64,000 nt of DNA, taken from NCBI RefSeq assembly GCF_009914755.1, contig NC_060945.1. One strand, given 5' to 3'. Positions within the stretch are counted from its first letter, which is position 1; each line of letters starts with the position of its first letter. Origin of the DNA: the human T2T-CHM13v2.0 reference genome, Homo sapiens. Below, piece after piece: positions 63,370 to 64,000 of the stretch. The notes beneath the pieces were generated by a model. The model searched no databases and was not told the DNA's origin. It worked only from the letters and a program-made list of their open reading frames with translations. The position numbers were made by a program, and so were the translations under genes.

Positions 63370-64000
63370 GGTAGCCTCTTTTACTTTTTTATTTTTTTAT
63401 TTTTGAGACTGAGTTTTGAGTTGAGTTTTTTTTGAGACCGAGTTGTTTTATTTCCGCACATGAATGGTAGTTCCAGCTACTCAGGAGGCCAAGGTGGGAG
63501 AAGCGCCTGAGCCCAGGAGAGAACCATCGAGAGGTAATTCACATGGAGTACAGTTCGCCCAACTGAAGTGTGTAATTCGAGTTTTCAGCATATTCAAAGT
63601 TGTACAGCCATCACCACAGTCAACTTTAGACCATTTTCAGCCCAAAAGAAACTGGGCCATCGCCCCTCTGTCTCCCCGCCACCTGCACGCATCCTCCCGG
63701 CCTCAGGTTCCGGGCCGTGTCTGTTCTGGCCATGTGTTACGGGATCACGCAGCACCGTGGTTCCAGGGCTCATCCACACTGGAGTCTTTCCTTCATATGG
63801 CTGAGTGACATCCCACGGTACAGACAGTGCATTGCATCTGCCCGTTTGTCCACTGATGGACGTTTGGGGTGTTTCCGCCTTTGGCCGTCTTGAGTCACGC
63901 TGCTGTGTAAGGATGAGTTTGCAGGGGATGGATGCTTTCATTCCTCTGGGGCAGATGCCTAGGAGTGTCATGGCTGGGTTTTGGGCTCACCATGTCTAGT
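63370..64000 (-). ncRNA. AATBC: Possible 3' end of a lncRNA convergent with RRP1
   Basis: Mostly from recall of the locus layout. The sequence shows only minus-strand AATAAA hexamers (tttatt at 63388-63393 and nearby) and L1-derived sequence. Confidence 0.3.

Overview
Human (primate) genomic DNA from the 21q22.3 PDXK-CSTB-RRP1 locus, identified by splicing exons by hand and recognising the proteins. It holds the last 8 coding exons and ~6.2 kb 3'UTR of PDXK (+), the complete 3-exon CSTB gene (-) with a normal 3-copy EPM1 dodecamer, a TMEM97 processed pseudogene (+, ~40.7-41.2 kb), and the complete 13-exon RRP1/NNP-1 gene (+, 461 aa). The rest is ~45 Alus, several LTRs (THE1, LTR8, MER41A, MLT2A, MLT1), L1 fragments and several minisatellites. 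Nearly all long ORFs in the supplied track are artefacts of GC-rich DNA, Alus and tandem repeats. I see no firm evidence of a new biological system. The best leads are: (1) a candidate in-frame 9-nt microexon that is sterically incompatible with PDXK exon 4 and sits beside a C-rich VNTR; (2) a ~0.8-1 kb duplication of PDXK intron 8 sequence with a 91-bp perfectly identical core; (3) a duplicated decoy acceptor at PDXK exon 8; (4) a perfect 5x32-bp array of phased NF-Y CCAAT boxes; (5) a ~1 kb array rich in p53-type half-sites upstream of RRP1; (6) an AT-rich, coding-like island in the PDXK 3'UTR. All six are hypotheses that need data.
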